DNA of 52,354 nucleotides, taken from contig CAZGBY010000002.1 of the NCBI GenBank assembly GCA_964524125.1, forward strand, positions 1 to 52,354, given 5' to 3'. Of this stretch, positions 1 to 10,033 are shown one piece after another. The stretch comes from an uncultured Clostridium sp. GTDB taxonomy: Bacteria > Bacillota_I > Bacilli_A > Acholeplasmatales > Anaeroplasmataceae. The position numbers were made by a program, and so were the translations under genes. Under the pieces are notes generated by a model, which searched no databases, had not been told where the DNA came from, and was given only the letters and a program-made list of their open reading frames with translations. The number at the start of each line of letters is the position of its first letter. The stretch's first letter is position 1.

Positions 1-2
1 AT

Positions 3-39
3 AATTCCTTTAAGAGTCAAATTTTAAAGGAATTTTTTT
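3..39 (+). terminator. Rho-independent terminator-like hairpin, probably for a plus-strand gene ending outside the window
   Basis: Perfect 11-bp stem AATTCCTTTAA (3-13) / TTAAAGGAATT (24-34), followed by a T-run at 33-39. Confidence 0.5.
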
Positions 40-49
40 AATTTAATAC

Positions 50-102
50 AAAAAAAGGACTGTGAAACCCACCTTTTTAAAAGTTAGGTTTTTTCACAGC
101 CC
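50..102 (-). terminator. Terminator downstream of the P-type ATPase gene
   Basis: GGACTGTGAAA (57-67) pairs with TTTCACAGCCC (92-102) with one mismatch. The forward A-run at 50-56 is a T-run on the minus strand after the hairpin. Confidence 0.5.
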
Positions 103-113
103 CTTTTATTATA

Positions 114-3100
114 TTATATTCTATTTAAAGCATCTGTAAGTTTTTGAAATTGTTTACGTAAGAATGGTACACAATTTTTAATTAACCATATAAGTGGATG
201 AGATGCTAAACATAGACATAAAAGTAATAATATTGATGATGTAGGTAAAGATTGGACTTGAGTGCCATATTGAATAGTAAAGTCTACCTTAATATTGGTA
301 ACTAAACCATCAATTTTTAAATATCCATCTTCTGTTAATGATTGGACTATAGTTGTACCCGTACCTCTACTTTGATATTTTGTAATCTTATTATTAACAA
401 CATAATAGCCAGCTTCAGTAGTATCAATTTCTGGTGTATACATTACTGAAGTTTGTTCATCATTTATATAATATTCTTTACCAACTATTTTTAATGTAGA
501 AGATAAATTTTCATCATATGCAATAGTTGATGCTGTACCACCTAAATATATACAATTATTATAAGAAGATAGCAATAATCCTTTACCTTCGAATAGAGTA
601 TAAACATATTGTCCATCAATATAAACTTCATAATTATTTTTCATAGAAACATTACCAACACTTGTTTCTGCAGTTCTAACATCTGTACGATAGCCATCTA
701 CTATATAATAATTATTATTAATATGTACTTCAGGTAAAATATTATATGTAGTATTAATAGTTACAACATTTTCTCCATCTTTATAAACTAAACTAACATT
801 ACCAGTTGAAGAAACTGTAATTTCATAATCATATATACTATTATAAGCATATGAAGTTTTATAAGCACCTATTGCAAAATTTCCATCAGTAGTTTTTGAA
901 AGTGTAGGCATTTCAGGCATATATTTTGTAGTTACAACTGTATCAACAACCAAATATCCATTTGCATTAATTTCAGCCGAATGGGTAGTTGAAGGTTTAA
1001 CACATAATTCTTCAAGAACATAGCCATCTACAGTATAATGATTTGCTTCTGAGATAGACACAACTTGTGTTTCCCAGGTTTTTATTTCTTCAGTCTTAGA
1101 ATAATATTCAAGTCCTGGAATGACAGGTGAAAAATCAAAGAATGAAGGTAAAACTAAAGTTGCAAATACAAATACAGAAAATACAGAACCAAATAAAATT
1201 TTACGCATATTATTAGTAAATGGTTTACATGTTTCATATAAAACCATCATACAAGTAAACGTAGCCGCAATTACAATAACTGTAGATGTTGTTCTTGCAT
1301 TCATATCTAATTGATTTTGAAGTAAGAATACTAAAATCGATTCTATAACAATTACTATCGCACCTGGCAAGGCACTTTTTACAATTGTTGTCAAGAAATT
1401 CTTAGGAGCAGCTTGTTTATTTGCTTCAAGTCCTAAAGCAAGTGAAGGAATACCTATACAAAGTAAATCTATCATTAATAATTGATTAGTACTAATAGGA
1501 TAGGAACCTTGAATTAACGCAACTATTGTTAAAAGCAAACTAAACATCGTTTTAGTTAAATATAATTTAGCTACTTTTGCAATATTTGAAATAACTCTTC
1601 TACCTTCAGCCACAACTACAGGCATTGAATCAAAATTAGAATCTAATAAAACAATATGAGACACATTACGTGCTGCTTCACTACCTGAAGCCACTGCAAT
1701 AGAACAATCAGCTTCTTTTAATGCTAAAATATCGTTAACTCCATCGCCTGTCATCGCCACTTTATGATCAAGTTCTTGTAAAGATTTAACAAGTAATCTC
1801 TTTTGTGCAGGGCTTACACGTCCAAATACAGTATAGCGTGAAGCTGTTCTAACAACTTCAGCGTCTGAAAGGCCATCAAGTGAAATATAATTTTCAGCAT
1901 TTTCAATTCCAGCTCTTTCAGCAACTCTTGAAACAGTTATAGGATTATCTCCAGATATTACCTTTACTTCAACACCTGCCTCTTTAAAGTATGCAATAGT
2001 TTTAATAGCATCAGGTCTAACATTATCTTCTATTAAAATTAAAGCTATTGGATTTAAATCACAGTTAGGTAAAGCACCATTATCAATAACCTCATTAGTA
2101 TGAGCTATAACAAGAACACGATATCCTTCTTTTGCAGATTTATTAACATCCTTTTCAACTAATTTAAAATTATTTTTAAGTACAAATTCTGGAGCACCAA
2201 GTACTATTGTACCAATGTTTTCAAATGTAACTGCACTATATTTTCTTTGTGATGAAAAAGGAATAGTTTCTATATGTTTAATTCTTTTAGCACGACCAAA
2301 TTTAGCCTCAAGTGCAACATTTGTTAAATTTTGATCATTTGTAGCATTTAACATAGCAGATACAATATCTTTAATTGTCAAATTACCAAGTAAATCATAT
2401 TCAATTACATCTTTTACATTCATTGTACCATCTGTAATAGTACCAGTTTTATCTAGACATAAAACATCAATTCTTGCAAGCATTTCTATACAATATAATT
2501 CTTGTACTAAAACATTATTCTTTGCCAGTCTTAAAACGCCTACAGCTAAGGCTACTGATGTAACCAGATAAAGACCAGATGGTATCATACCAATCATTGC
2601 ACCTGCTGTTTTTCTTATTGAAGTTTCATAATCAAGACCTGTTTTAAAATATTGAATACAGAAAAGACCTGCGCCTAGTACAACAGTTAAAATACCCATT
2701 ACTAAAATAATTGTATTTAAAGTTTTTAATAATTCAGAATTTGGTTTACGATATTGTTTAGCTTGACCAGTTAATCTTTCTATATAATTGTCTTCACCGA
2801 CTTTATCAACTCGCGCTGTACAACTTCCAGAAACTACAAACGAACCAGAATATAAAACATCTCCAGGCTTTTTAATGATAGCATCTGCTTCACCTGTAAG
2901 CAAAGATTCATTAACTTCTATTTGGCCTTCAACTACAATACTATCAGAACAAATTTGTTTTCCATTTTTAAGTCTAATTAAATCATCAAGTACTACCTCA
3001 TTAATAGCTACTTCTTGATATTTACCATCTCTTAATACATCACAAGTAGGAGCTGATATTAACGTTAATCTATCTATAGTTTTCTTAGCACTAATTTCTT

Positions 3101-3830
3101 GAATAATACCTATAACTAAATTTGCAAGTACAATAACTAAGAAAGTTAAATCCTTAATACTTTGAATAGAAATTAAGAACCCAGCAATGATAAATATTAA
3201 TATATTAAAAGGTGTAAAAATATTATCAAGTATAATTCTAGAAATAGTTTTAGTAGAACCATTCATTTTATAATTATTTAAACCTTGATTAATTCTTTTT
3301 TCAACCTGTTCTTCACTTAAACCAGTATGAACATCAGCGTCATATCTTTCAATATCAACAAGTTTCTTTTTAAGTTTTTTGGAAAGCTTTGCAGAAGAAA
3401 TGATTTTATCTTTTCTTTTTTGAGCTTCAGACATAGTTTTTTCTTCTTCTGATTTGTTCTTATCCAAAGCTCTTTTTTGAGCACGTTCTATAAATTCACG
3501 TTCTCTTTCCTTTTGTTCTTGAAGCTTTTTTTCTTCTTTCAAAAGACGTTTTTTATCTCTTTCTTGTCGCTTGATATCTATTTCCTTTTGACGTTGTTCA
3601 TACACTTGTCTTTGTTGTTCTTCTTTTATAGATTCAATTTCATCATAAATAGAATTTTCTTCATCTTCTATAATTTCTCCTTCAAGAGATTCTTCATCAG
3701 TTGAAATTTCTTCATTTGTTAAATCTTCAACAATATCTTCATCTTCAAATGATTCTTCCTCATAAACTAATTCTTGGTCATCTAGTTTAGTTTCATTTTT
3801 TTTCTCATCATTATTTTTCAAGATGATCAC
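114..3830 (-). CDS. Cation-translocating P-type (E1-E2) ATPase with a charged N-terminal extension and a roughly 330-aa C-terminal repeat domain
   Basis: Motifs: LTGEAD (actuator), CLDKTGTITDG (phospho-Asp), TGDGVNDILALKEAD (hinge). TM4 reads IPSGL rather than PEGL. The start is uncertain: GTG at 3830, or TTG at 3821 behind GGCGGTG. It overlaps the mrnC 3' end. Confidence 0.9.
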   Translation of the reverse strand: MIILKNNDEKKNETKLDDQELVYEEESFEDEDIVEDLTNEEISTDEESLEGEIIEDEENSIYDEIESIKEEQQRQVYEQRQKEIDIKRQERDKKRLLKEEKKLQEQKEREREFIERAQKRALDKNKSEEEKTMSEAQKRKDKIISSAKLSKKLKKKLVDIERYDADVHTGLSEEQVEKRINQGLNNYKMNGSTKTISRIILDNIFTPFNILIFIIAGFLISIQSIKDLTFLVIVLANLVIGIIQEISAKKTIDRLTLISAPTCDVLRDGKYQEVAINEVVLDDLIRLKNGKQICSDSIVVEGQIEVNESLLTGEADAIIKKPGDVLYSGSFVVSGSCTARVDKVGEDNYIERLTGQAKQYRKPNSELLKTLNTIILVMGILTVVLGAGLFCIQYFKTGLDYETSIRKTAGAMIGMIPSGLYLVTSVALAVGVLRLAKNNVLVQELYCIEMLARIDVLCLDKTGTITDGTMNVKDVIEYDLLGNLTIKDIVSAMLNATNDQNLTNVALEAKFGRAKRIKHIETIPFSSQRKYSAVTFENIGTIVLGAPEFVLKNNFKLVEKDVNKSAKEGYRVLVIAHTNEVIDNGALPNCDLNPIALILIEDNVRPDAIKTIAYFKEAGVEVKVISGDNPITVSRVAERAGIENAENYISLDGLSDAEVVRTASRYTVFGRVSPAQKRLLVKSLQELDHKVAMTGDGVNDILALKEADCSIAVASGSEAARNVSHIVLLDSNFDSMPVVVAEGRRVISNIAKVAKLYLTKTMFSLLLTIVALIQGSYPISTNQLLMIDLLCIGIPSLALGLEANKQAAPKNFLTTIVKSALPGAIVIVIESILVFLLQNQLDMNARTTSTVIVIAATFTCMMVLYETCKPFTNNMRKILFGSVFSVFVFATLVLPSFFDFSPVIPGLEYYSKTEEIKTWETQVVSISEANHYTVDGYVLEELCVKPSTTHSAEINANGYLVVDTVVTTKYMPEMPTLSKTTDGNFAIGAYKTSYAYNSIYDYEITVSSTGNVSLVYKDGENVVTINTTYNILPEVHINNNYYIVDGYRTDVRTAETSVGNVSMKNNYEVYIDGQYVYTLFEGKGLLLSSYNNCIYLGGTASTIAYDENLSSTLKIVGKEYYINDEQTSVMYTPEIDTTEAGYYVVNNKITKYQSRGTGTTIVQSLTEDGYLKIDGLVTNIKVDFTIQYGTQVQSLPTSSILLLLCLCLASHPLIWLIKNCVPFLRKQFQKLTDALNRI

Positions 3831-4215
3831 CGCCTAATTCAATAAATTCGATTGCTTTATCAAATAATTCATTCATTCTGATAATATTACCAGATAAATA
3901 TAAATATCCAATTAACGATTCAAAGCCTGTACCTTCAAGATAATTAATTCTATCTATATTTTTTCTTGTTTTAGCAATATTTGAATTCCTACCCCTTTTA
4001 TAATACATCAATTCTTCGTCTGATAAAAGACTTTTATCTTTAAAATATCTAATAATGTTAGCTTGAGCTTCACCACTAGTGTATTTAATTGCATTTTTAT
4101 GTAGATCATTAACTTTCGTAATACCTAAAGATAATAAATGACACCTTATATATGTTTCATATACTCCATCACCGATATATGCTAATGTAAGTCCATTATA
4201 TAATCTAGCATCCAT
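3811..4215 (-). CDS. mrnC: Mini-ribonuclease 3 (Mini-III)
   Basis: LAYIGDGVYETYIR motif and a size of 134 aa. It lies immediately downstream of cysS with a TAATG overlap, the same order as B. subtilis cysS-yazC. Confidence 0.85.
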   Translation of the reverse strand: MDARLYNGLTLAYIGDGVYETYIRCHLLSLGITKVNDLHKNAIKYTSGEAQANIIRYFKDKSLLSDEELMYYKRGRNSNIAKTRKNIDRINYLEGTGFESLIGYLYLSGNIIRMNELFDKAIEFIELGGDHLEK

Positions 4216-5546
4216 TATAAAACTCCAAGCTCTATTAAAGTTAATCTTAACTTATCAGCAGTTTCAAAATCCTTTTGATTCTTTGCAACTAGCCACCTAC
4301 TATAAATGTCTCTTTTATTTTCATCTAATTTAATATAAGGTAATTTAATACCTAGTACATCCATTATTTGTTTAATCATATTAATTTTTTGTGATAATAA
4401 TTTAAGTTCATTATTTCTTAAAGCATTATTTGCTTCTTTAAGTAATGAATTTGCCAAACTCATCGCATTTTGACAATTTAAATCTTGATTCATATAATTA
4501 ATAAATTGTTCTTTATCTTCATTTAATACATCTAAATCATTAATATTATTATAATCAAGTACCAACATAGATTTTTTATATGCACGTTTAAATTTATCAT
4601 ATTCTTTTTTATATTGTTCTAATAAGTCGTTTGTATAATTAATTGAATTCCTATATGGTTGAGATACAATTAATAATCTTAAAGCCATTAATTCATCTTG
4701 AGTTTTAAAATCATTAACATAAATAACGTTCCCTAAAGATTTAGACATTTTTTCACCTTTAAGATTAAGTCTACCAACGTGCATCCAATAAGAAGCTAAG
4801 GTATTGTTGTACATAGCCTTTGCTTGAGCCATTTCATTTTCATGATGAGGAAATTTCAAATCCATTCCACCGCCATGAATATCAATCTTCTTATGATTAA
4901 AAATCTTATCTATCATACAAACACATTCAGTATGCCATCCTGGTCTACCTTCACCAAATTTTGAATTCCATTTAATACCAATATTGGTTTTTTTCCAAAG
5001 TGCAAAATCTAAAGGATTATCTTTCTTTAAATCTACATCCTTACGTACACCTTTTTGAAGTTCATCTTGAACTTGATTTGAAAGTAAACCATAATCTGAT
5101 AATTGATTTATTTTAAAATATACATCACCATCATTGTTATATGCATATCCTTTTTTTACTAATTCTTCAATAAAGTTTATCATGTCAGATATATATTCAG
5201 TTGCATGTGGAACAAAATTTGGCCTTTTAGACCCTAATGAATCGCAATTATTAAAATAAGCTTTTTCAAATTTTTTGGCAATTTCAGATTCAGTTGTATT
5301 TTCTTCTAATGCTTTATTAATTATTTTATCATCAATATCAGTTATATTAGATGCATAATTAACTTTATATCCAATATATGTTAGGTAATTTTTTAGCATA
5401 TCATAAAATATTACTGGTCTTGCATTACCAATATGAATATAACCATAAACAGTAGGCCCACAAACGTACATATTAACTATACCGGGTTCTAATGTTTTAA
5501 AATCTTCTAATTTATTTGTTAAAGAATTATATATCTTTAGTCCCAT
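4215..5546 (-). CDS. cysS: Cysteine--tRNA ligase
   Basis: HIGN (HIGH-class) and KMSKS motifs, with zinc-site residues in the WHTECVCM context. I chose ATG 5546 behind AGGTGA; the ORF-track start at 5564 is 6 codons upstream. Confidence 0.93.
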   Translation of the reverse strand: MGLKIYNSLTNKLEDFKTLEPGIVNMYVCGPTVYGYIHIGNARPVIFYDMLKNYLTYIGYKVNYASNITDIDDKIINKALEENTTESEIAKKFEKAYFNNCDSLGSKRPNFVPHATEYISDMINFIEELVKKGYAYNNDGDVYFKINQLSDYGLLSNQVQDELQKGVRKDVDLKKDNPLDFALWKKTNIGIKWNSKFGEGRPGWHTECVCMIDKIFNHKKIDIHGGGMDLKFPHHENEMAQAKAMYNNTLASYWMHVGRLNLKGEKMSKSLGNVIYVNDFKTQDELMALRLLIVSQPYRNSINYTNDLLEQYKKEYDKFKRAYKKSMLVLDYNNINDLDVLNEDKEQFINYMNQDLNCQNAMSLANSLLKEANNALRNNELKLLSQKINMIKQIMDVLGIKLPYIKLDENKRDIYSRWLVAKNQKDFETADKLRLTLIELGVL

Positions 5547-5578
5547 AAAATCACCTAAATTCATTATTAATAATTAAT

Positions 5579-5603
5579 AAAAACGTCCAGTAAAATCCAG
5601 ACG
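5579..5603 (-). terminator. Weak terminator between the lipoprotein gene and cysS
   Basis: On the minus strand, CGTCTGG...CTGGACG forms a 7-bp stem (two G-U pairs) followed by TTTTT. Confidence 0.35.
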
Positions 5604-5617
5604 CTTTATTAAATCTA

Positions 5618-7570
5618 CTAGAATAATTTTCTTAATTCTGTAATAAGTTTTTCCAAAGTCTCTGCATTAGTAAAATTTTCAATTGCAGTTGATTCTCCTA
5701 ATAATTCTTCACAAATTGAAATACTATAATTTTCACCTTCTGGTAATTCATAATAATAAATAAGTTTATCACCATTAGAACCTAAATAACTAAATTCTAA
5801 TATTCTTTCATAAGAAATAGTTGGTGTTGTTGTATCTCCTGATGAAGAATTATTATCACTATCATTTGTTTCACCAGTTGTACCTGATGATTCTCCAGTA
5901 TTATCTGTTGTAATTATTGTTGTTTCACCAGTTGTACTTGATGATTCTCCAGTATTTTCCGTTGTAATTACTGTTGTTTCACTTGATGATGGAGTTGTTG
6001 TTGTATCTTCAGATGCAGTTGAAACTTCATCGTTAGAATCAGTTGAAGTTGTTGTGTCTTCAGTACTTATTGTTTGTTTATCCTCATCACGTAAAACAAA
6101 ATTTATAGTATTATCATTATTAATATATGCAGTATTGTTAATTGATAAATCAAAGTCTGATGTATTATATCCACAGAATAATCCTAATTTTACATTATAT
6201 GCATTTATAGATTCAAAAGATAAATCTCCACTTGTAACACAATCCTTGATAATACCAGTATTATAACCTACAAAAGAACCAATTGCTACATTTAAACTAT
6301 TATCAATTTTCCATTCTTTTTCAGCATCATTACTTGTATCTTCACTATTAACTTTTGCATAAATAGTATCATATAAACTAGAATCAATTGAAAAAGATGA
6401 AGTAATATTTATATTTGATATAGTGTTTTTTATTCTACCATCATTATGACCAACAACACCACCAACAATTTCAATAATTTGATCAGATTTACTAAATGTT
6501 GATGAAGTATTATAAATTTGAGAAACATTAATATTACCTGAAACTTGACAGTCTTGAATCCATTTTCCTTGTGCAAGTGCATTATAACCAGCAATACCAC
6601 CTACATAAGTAGCTTTAGAACCAGTTATATTCATATCTAAATCAGTTAACTTACAATCAATAATACTACCACTATAATATTGACCAACAAGACCACCTAC
6701 ATAGAAAGTTTTACCGCTTGTTGTACTTGTAGAAATAGTAATTGAGGCATTCTCAACATTAACATTTTCTAAAGTAACTCCAACATCTGCATAACCAGCA
6801 ACTGTACCACAATATGTATCAGAATATCTGGCAGATTTAATATAAACATTTTTAAAGTTTACATTTTTAATAGTAGCGCCTTCTGATAAATATCCAAAGA
6901 AACCATAATATGATAAACTTGAAGTTTGTTTAAAGTTTGAGATAGTATATCCTTTTCCGTCAAATGTACCTGTAAATGCTTTAGAAGTTGATGATGAGAA
7001 AAGTGATGACCATTCAACCAAACCTGCTTTATCTAATGTTTCAAGTTCACCAGTTTCTTCATTTTCTACAGGGTCTGTACCAATAGAAATATCATTGTCA
7101 AGAACATAATAGCCATCTAGGTCATTTAGCATTTTATCAAAATCATCTTTACAAGTTATATGAATTGCATCTTCTTCAGATTCACCAGCTTTTGTAGTAC
7201 ATGCATCTATTTCACATAAAGTAACTGTTTTATCTTTAATAGTACAAATAAGTTTTGCAACATATGACGTATTAGAATCTAATGCAGTTAATGTTACTGT
7301 TTGAGTGTTACCTTCATCACTTGTTGCTAAACTATCACAAGATGAAGAAGTTTGTCTTGTACCATCAGTATCGTATAAAACCACTGATACAGACCCACTA
7401 GTAATTTGATTATCATTATCACTTACTGTAGCTTTAATACTTAAAGTATATCTTGTTGCAGATAAAACTTCTAAAGAACCTTTAGCAGTAACTTTACCAG
7501 AACACCCAGTTAAAATACATAACGATATTATAAACATAGCAAATATGCTAAGAAATTTTATTTTTTTCAT
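5618..7570 (-). CDS. Surface lipoprotein with GLUG-type repeats and a Ser/Thr-rich tandem-repeat stalk
   Basis: Signal peptide with lipobox LTGC. Recurrent GGLVGQ / GGIAGYN / GGVVGHN motifs (GLUG-like). The C-terminal third is T/S/E-rich low complexity. Confidence 0.7.
   Translation of the reverse strand: MKKIKFLSIFAMFIISLCILTGCSGKVTAKGSLEVLSATRYTLSIKATVSDNDNQITSGSVSVVLYDTDGTRQTSSSCDSLATSDEGNTQTVTLTALDSNTSYVAKLICTIKDKTVTLCEIDACTTKAGESEEDAIHITCKDDFDKMLNDLDGYYVLDNDISIGTDPVENEETGELETLDKAGLVEWSSLFSSSTSKAFTGTFDGKGYTISNFKQTSSLSYYGFFGYLSEGATIKNVNFKNVYIKSARYSDTYCGTVAGYADVGVTLENVNVENASITISTSTTSGKTFYVGGLVGQYYSGSIIDCKLTDLDMNITGSKATYVGGIAGYNALAQGKWIQDCQVSGNINVSQIYNTSSTFSKSDQIIEIVGGVVGHNDGRIKNTISNINITSSFSIDSSLYDTIYAKVNSEDTSNDAEKEWKIDNSLNVAIGSFVGYNTGIIKDCVTSGDLSFESINAYNVKLGLFCGYNTSDFDLSINNTAYINNDNTINFVLRDEDKQTISTEDTTTSTDSNDEVSTASEDTTTTPSSSETTVITTENTGESSSTTGETTIITTDNTGESSGTTGETNDSDNNSSSGDTTTPTISYERILEFSYLGSNGDKLIYYYELPEGENYSISICEELLGESTAIENFTNAETLEKLITELRKLF
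5868..5990 (-). repeat. In-frame 54-bp tandem repeat inside the lipoprotein gene (two full copies plus a partial one)
   Basis: Units at 5868-5921 and 5922-5975 differ at a few positions. They encode ITT(E/D)NTGESS(S/G)TTGET(T/N). Confidence 0.8.
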
Positions 7571-7676
7571 ATAAACAACCTCATTTTTTGTATAATATTC
7601 TTATTTTATTATACTCTAAAATTGAATTTCTTACAACAAATAATTAAGTAATATTTTTTTTATTTTATTTTTATCA

Positions 7677-7711
7677 TTAAAAAACTATGACTTTTAGATT
7701 AAATCATAGTT
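7677..7711 (-). terminator. Terminator downstream of ackA
   Basis: 8-bp stem AACTATGA (7683-7690) / TCATAGTT (7704-7711). The adjacent forward A-run is a T-run on the minus strand. Confidence 0.55.
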
Positions 7712-7730
7712 CTTATTTTATTATAAATAA

Positions 7731-8948
7731 TTATTTTACATTTCCAATTCTACAAACATCACGTGCAATCATTACTTCTTCATTTGTTGGAAGTACATAA
7801 ACCTTAACTTTAGAATTTTCAGTTGAAATTTCAGTTTCAGTACCATATACAGTATTATTTAGTTCCTTATCAATTTTAACACCCATAACTCCTAAACGGT
7901 CACAAATCTTTTCACGTAAGTGACAAAGATTTTCACCCATACCAGCGGTAAAGCAAATAGCATCACATCCACCTAAATATACATAATAAGATCCAATGTA
8001 GTCCATAATACGTTTAGATTGAACATTGAAAGCCATAATACAACGATGATCTCCTTCGTTCATTCCCTTAGTAACGTCACGTGCATCATTAGTACGGCCA
8101 CCCATACCAAGCAAACCTGATTTTTTATTTAATTCATTAATTAATTCAGAAATACCTTTTCCTTCGTGTTTAGCGACTACTTCAAGTGCAGTTGGATCAA
8201 TATTTCCTGAACGAGTTCCCATAGGAATACCTTCAAGTGGTGTTAAACCCATTGACGTATCAATACATTTTCCACCTTTAACTGCAGATATAGATGCACC
8301 ATTACCTAAATGACATACAATAATTTTTGTATCTTCTAAAGATTTACCTAAAAGTTCTGCAGCCCTTTGAGATACATATTGATGTGATGTACCATGAGCA
8401 CCATATTTACGAATTCCATATTTTTCATACCATTCATATGGTGTAGCATACATATAAGCTTCTTCAGCCATTGTTTGATGGAATGTAGTATCAAATACTG
8501 CAACTTCAGGAACATCTGGTAAAACCTTCATAAATGCACGCATACCAACAACATGTGCTTTATTATGTAAAGGAGCTAAATCAGCAAGTTCTAAAATCTT
8601 GTTAATTACTGTTCCATCAGGACCATCAATTAAAGTTGAATCCTTAAAATATTCTCCACCTTGAACTACACGGTGACCAACACCTGTAATTTCATTTAAA
8701 TTAGATACAATATTTTTTTCAACTAAAGTCTTAAGTAAAAGTTCAACACCTTCAGCATGAGAAGGAAGTACTGGATTTGATTCTTCCTTAACTTTTTCAC
8801 CGTTTTTAATATACTTAATAGTGAAAATACCTTCATCTAGACCGATACGCTCCATTACACCTGAAGCTATTACTTCTTCAGCTGGCATTTCTAATAATTG
8901 GAATTTAATAGAACTAGAACCAGCATTAACTGCCATAATTTTTGACAT
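7731..8948 (-). CDS. ackA: Acetate kinase
   Basis: N-terminal AVNAGSSSIKFQL motif and full-length acetate/propionate kinase architecture. I chose ATG 8948 behind GAGGAA; the track start at 8963 is a GTG lying inside the RBS. Confidence 0.93.
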   Translation of the reverse strand: MSKIMAVNAGSSSIKFQLLEMPAEEVIASGVMERIGLDEGIFTIKYIKNGEKVKEESNPVLPSHAEGVELLLKTLVEKNIVSNLNEITGVGHRVVQGGEYFKDSTLIDGPDGTVINKILELADLAPLHNKAHVVGMRAFMKVLPDVPEVAVFDTTFHQTMAEEAYMYATPYEWYEKYGIRKYGAHGTSHQYVSQRAAELLGKSLEDTKIIVCHLGNGASISAVKGGKCIDTSMGLTPLEGIPMGTRSGNIDPTALEVVAKHEGKGISELINELNKKSGLLGMGGRTNDARDVTKGMNEGDHRCIMAFNVQSKRIMDYIGSYYVYLGGCDAICFTAGMGENLCHLREKICDRLGVMGVKIDKELNNTVYGTETEISTENSKVKVYVLPTNEEVMIARDVCRIGNVK

Positions 8949-8971
8949 AACTAATTTCCTCACTTCTTATT

Positions 8972-9901
8972 TTATTTATTTATATTATTTTCAAACCACA
9001 CTTCAATTTGATACAAAGCCTCATCAAATTTCTTTGCATCAGTAAAGCTTGGTAGTTTGACCATCAAACATTTCTTATTCTCAATTTTAGATTTTTGAAT
9101 AAGAATAATAGATTTAGGATTAGAACTAAAGAATGAATCAGGTAGTTCAATTAATCCAAGCATTGTATGTTCTTCATTTAATTTCTTTTTAAATGTTTGT
9201 TCTTTATCATATTCAAAGAAATCATTTGGAATAACACACATCATTATACCATTTTCATTTAAGGAATTTAAATGATGTAGTATTACCTCATAAGGGAAAT
9301 ACTTATCATCTATTTTAGTTGTTGTATCAAAATCACAAACAATATAATCTATATTAGACACATTTACATTTCTTGTGTCTTGAAAATATATTTCAAGTTC
9401 AGTTTGTGTCATATCAGATATTGATTGCATAATTTTTACAAACAATTCGTTATTATCACATGCAAGTGCATTAATTTCTAGATCTAAATGATTTACAATA
9501 GTAAATAATAAATTACCTACACCTGCTATAGGGTCAAATATTCTAATATTTCTTTTTTTAGGTTCAAATTTAGAAATTAAATATGCAAATAACATACCAA
9601 TTGTATCTGGTGTAATACTTCCATTTGAAATATGTTGTTCACTAAAACCTTTAAGAATTATTGCCTGTAAAGCTTTTCTAATTGATTCAACATCTAAATC
9701 CATATCTTCTATTGGTGAATATATTTGTTCTAATTTATTTTTTTTGTCTCCAGGCAAGTCGTTTAAAACTTCTCCTTCTAAGATATTTTTGACTGTTAAA
9801 AAGAACAAATCAAAATACTTTAATTTATATTCATCATATAAGAATTCAATTGATTCCTTTACAACATCATGAAATATTTCTAAAGCATTTTCTTGTTCCA
9901 T
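8972..9901 (-). CDS. Class I SAM-dependent methyltransferase (YtxK-like)
   Basis: SAM-binding motif IFDPIAGVGNLL. It lies directly upstream of ackA, as ytxK does in B. subtilis. ATG 9901 sits behind GGTGA. Confidence 0.65.
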   Translation of the reverse strand: MEQENALEIFHDVVKESIEFLYDEYKLKYFDLFFLTVKNILEGEVLNDLPGDKKNKLEQIYSPIEDMDLDVESIRKALQAIILKGFSEQHISNGSITPDTIGMLFAYLISKFEPKKRNIRIFDPIAGVGNLLFTIVNHLDLEINALACDNNELFVKIMQSISDMTQTELEIYFQDTRNVNVSNIDYIVCDFDTTTKIDDKYFPYEVILHHLNSLNENGIMMCVIPNDFFEYDKEQTFKKKLNEEHTMLGLIELPDSFFSSNPKSIILIQKSKIENKKCLMVKLPSFTDAKKFDEALYQIEVWFENNINK

Positions 9902-10033
9902 ATTTATCACCGATTGAAATTATAACAAATATTTATTTGTTTGTAAATGTTGAATTCTTATATGTCAAATTAAAATATGATATTCTATTTCCACTACTAA
10001 AATAGCAAATAAATCAGATTAAACTTCAATATT

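Noticed and set aside
1120-3704. Plus-strand ORFs at 1120-1314, 2788-3018 and 3477-3704, opposite the P-type ATPase
   Set aside because: They lie entirely antisense within a strongly supported gene. Their composition is low-complexity or reflects the opposite strand's codons, and they have no RBS. The same reasoning rejects these ORFs: 6054-6266, 8821-9045, 10849-11073, 10974-11189, 19616-19912, 23051-23254, 23591-23851, 23628-23825, 24995-25180, 28618-28860, 30271-30540, 39063-39287, 41266-41451, 43511-43729 and 50107-50316.
5547-5617. A T-box or other riboswitch leader upstream of cysS, and likewise upstream of thiI and ackA
   Set aside because: The intergenic spaces are far too short, at about 70 nt or less, and they contain only an RBS and a small hairpin.
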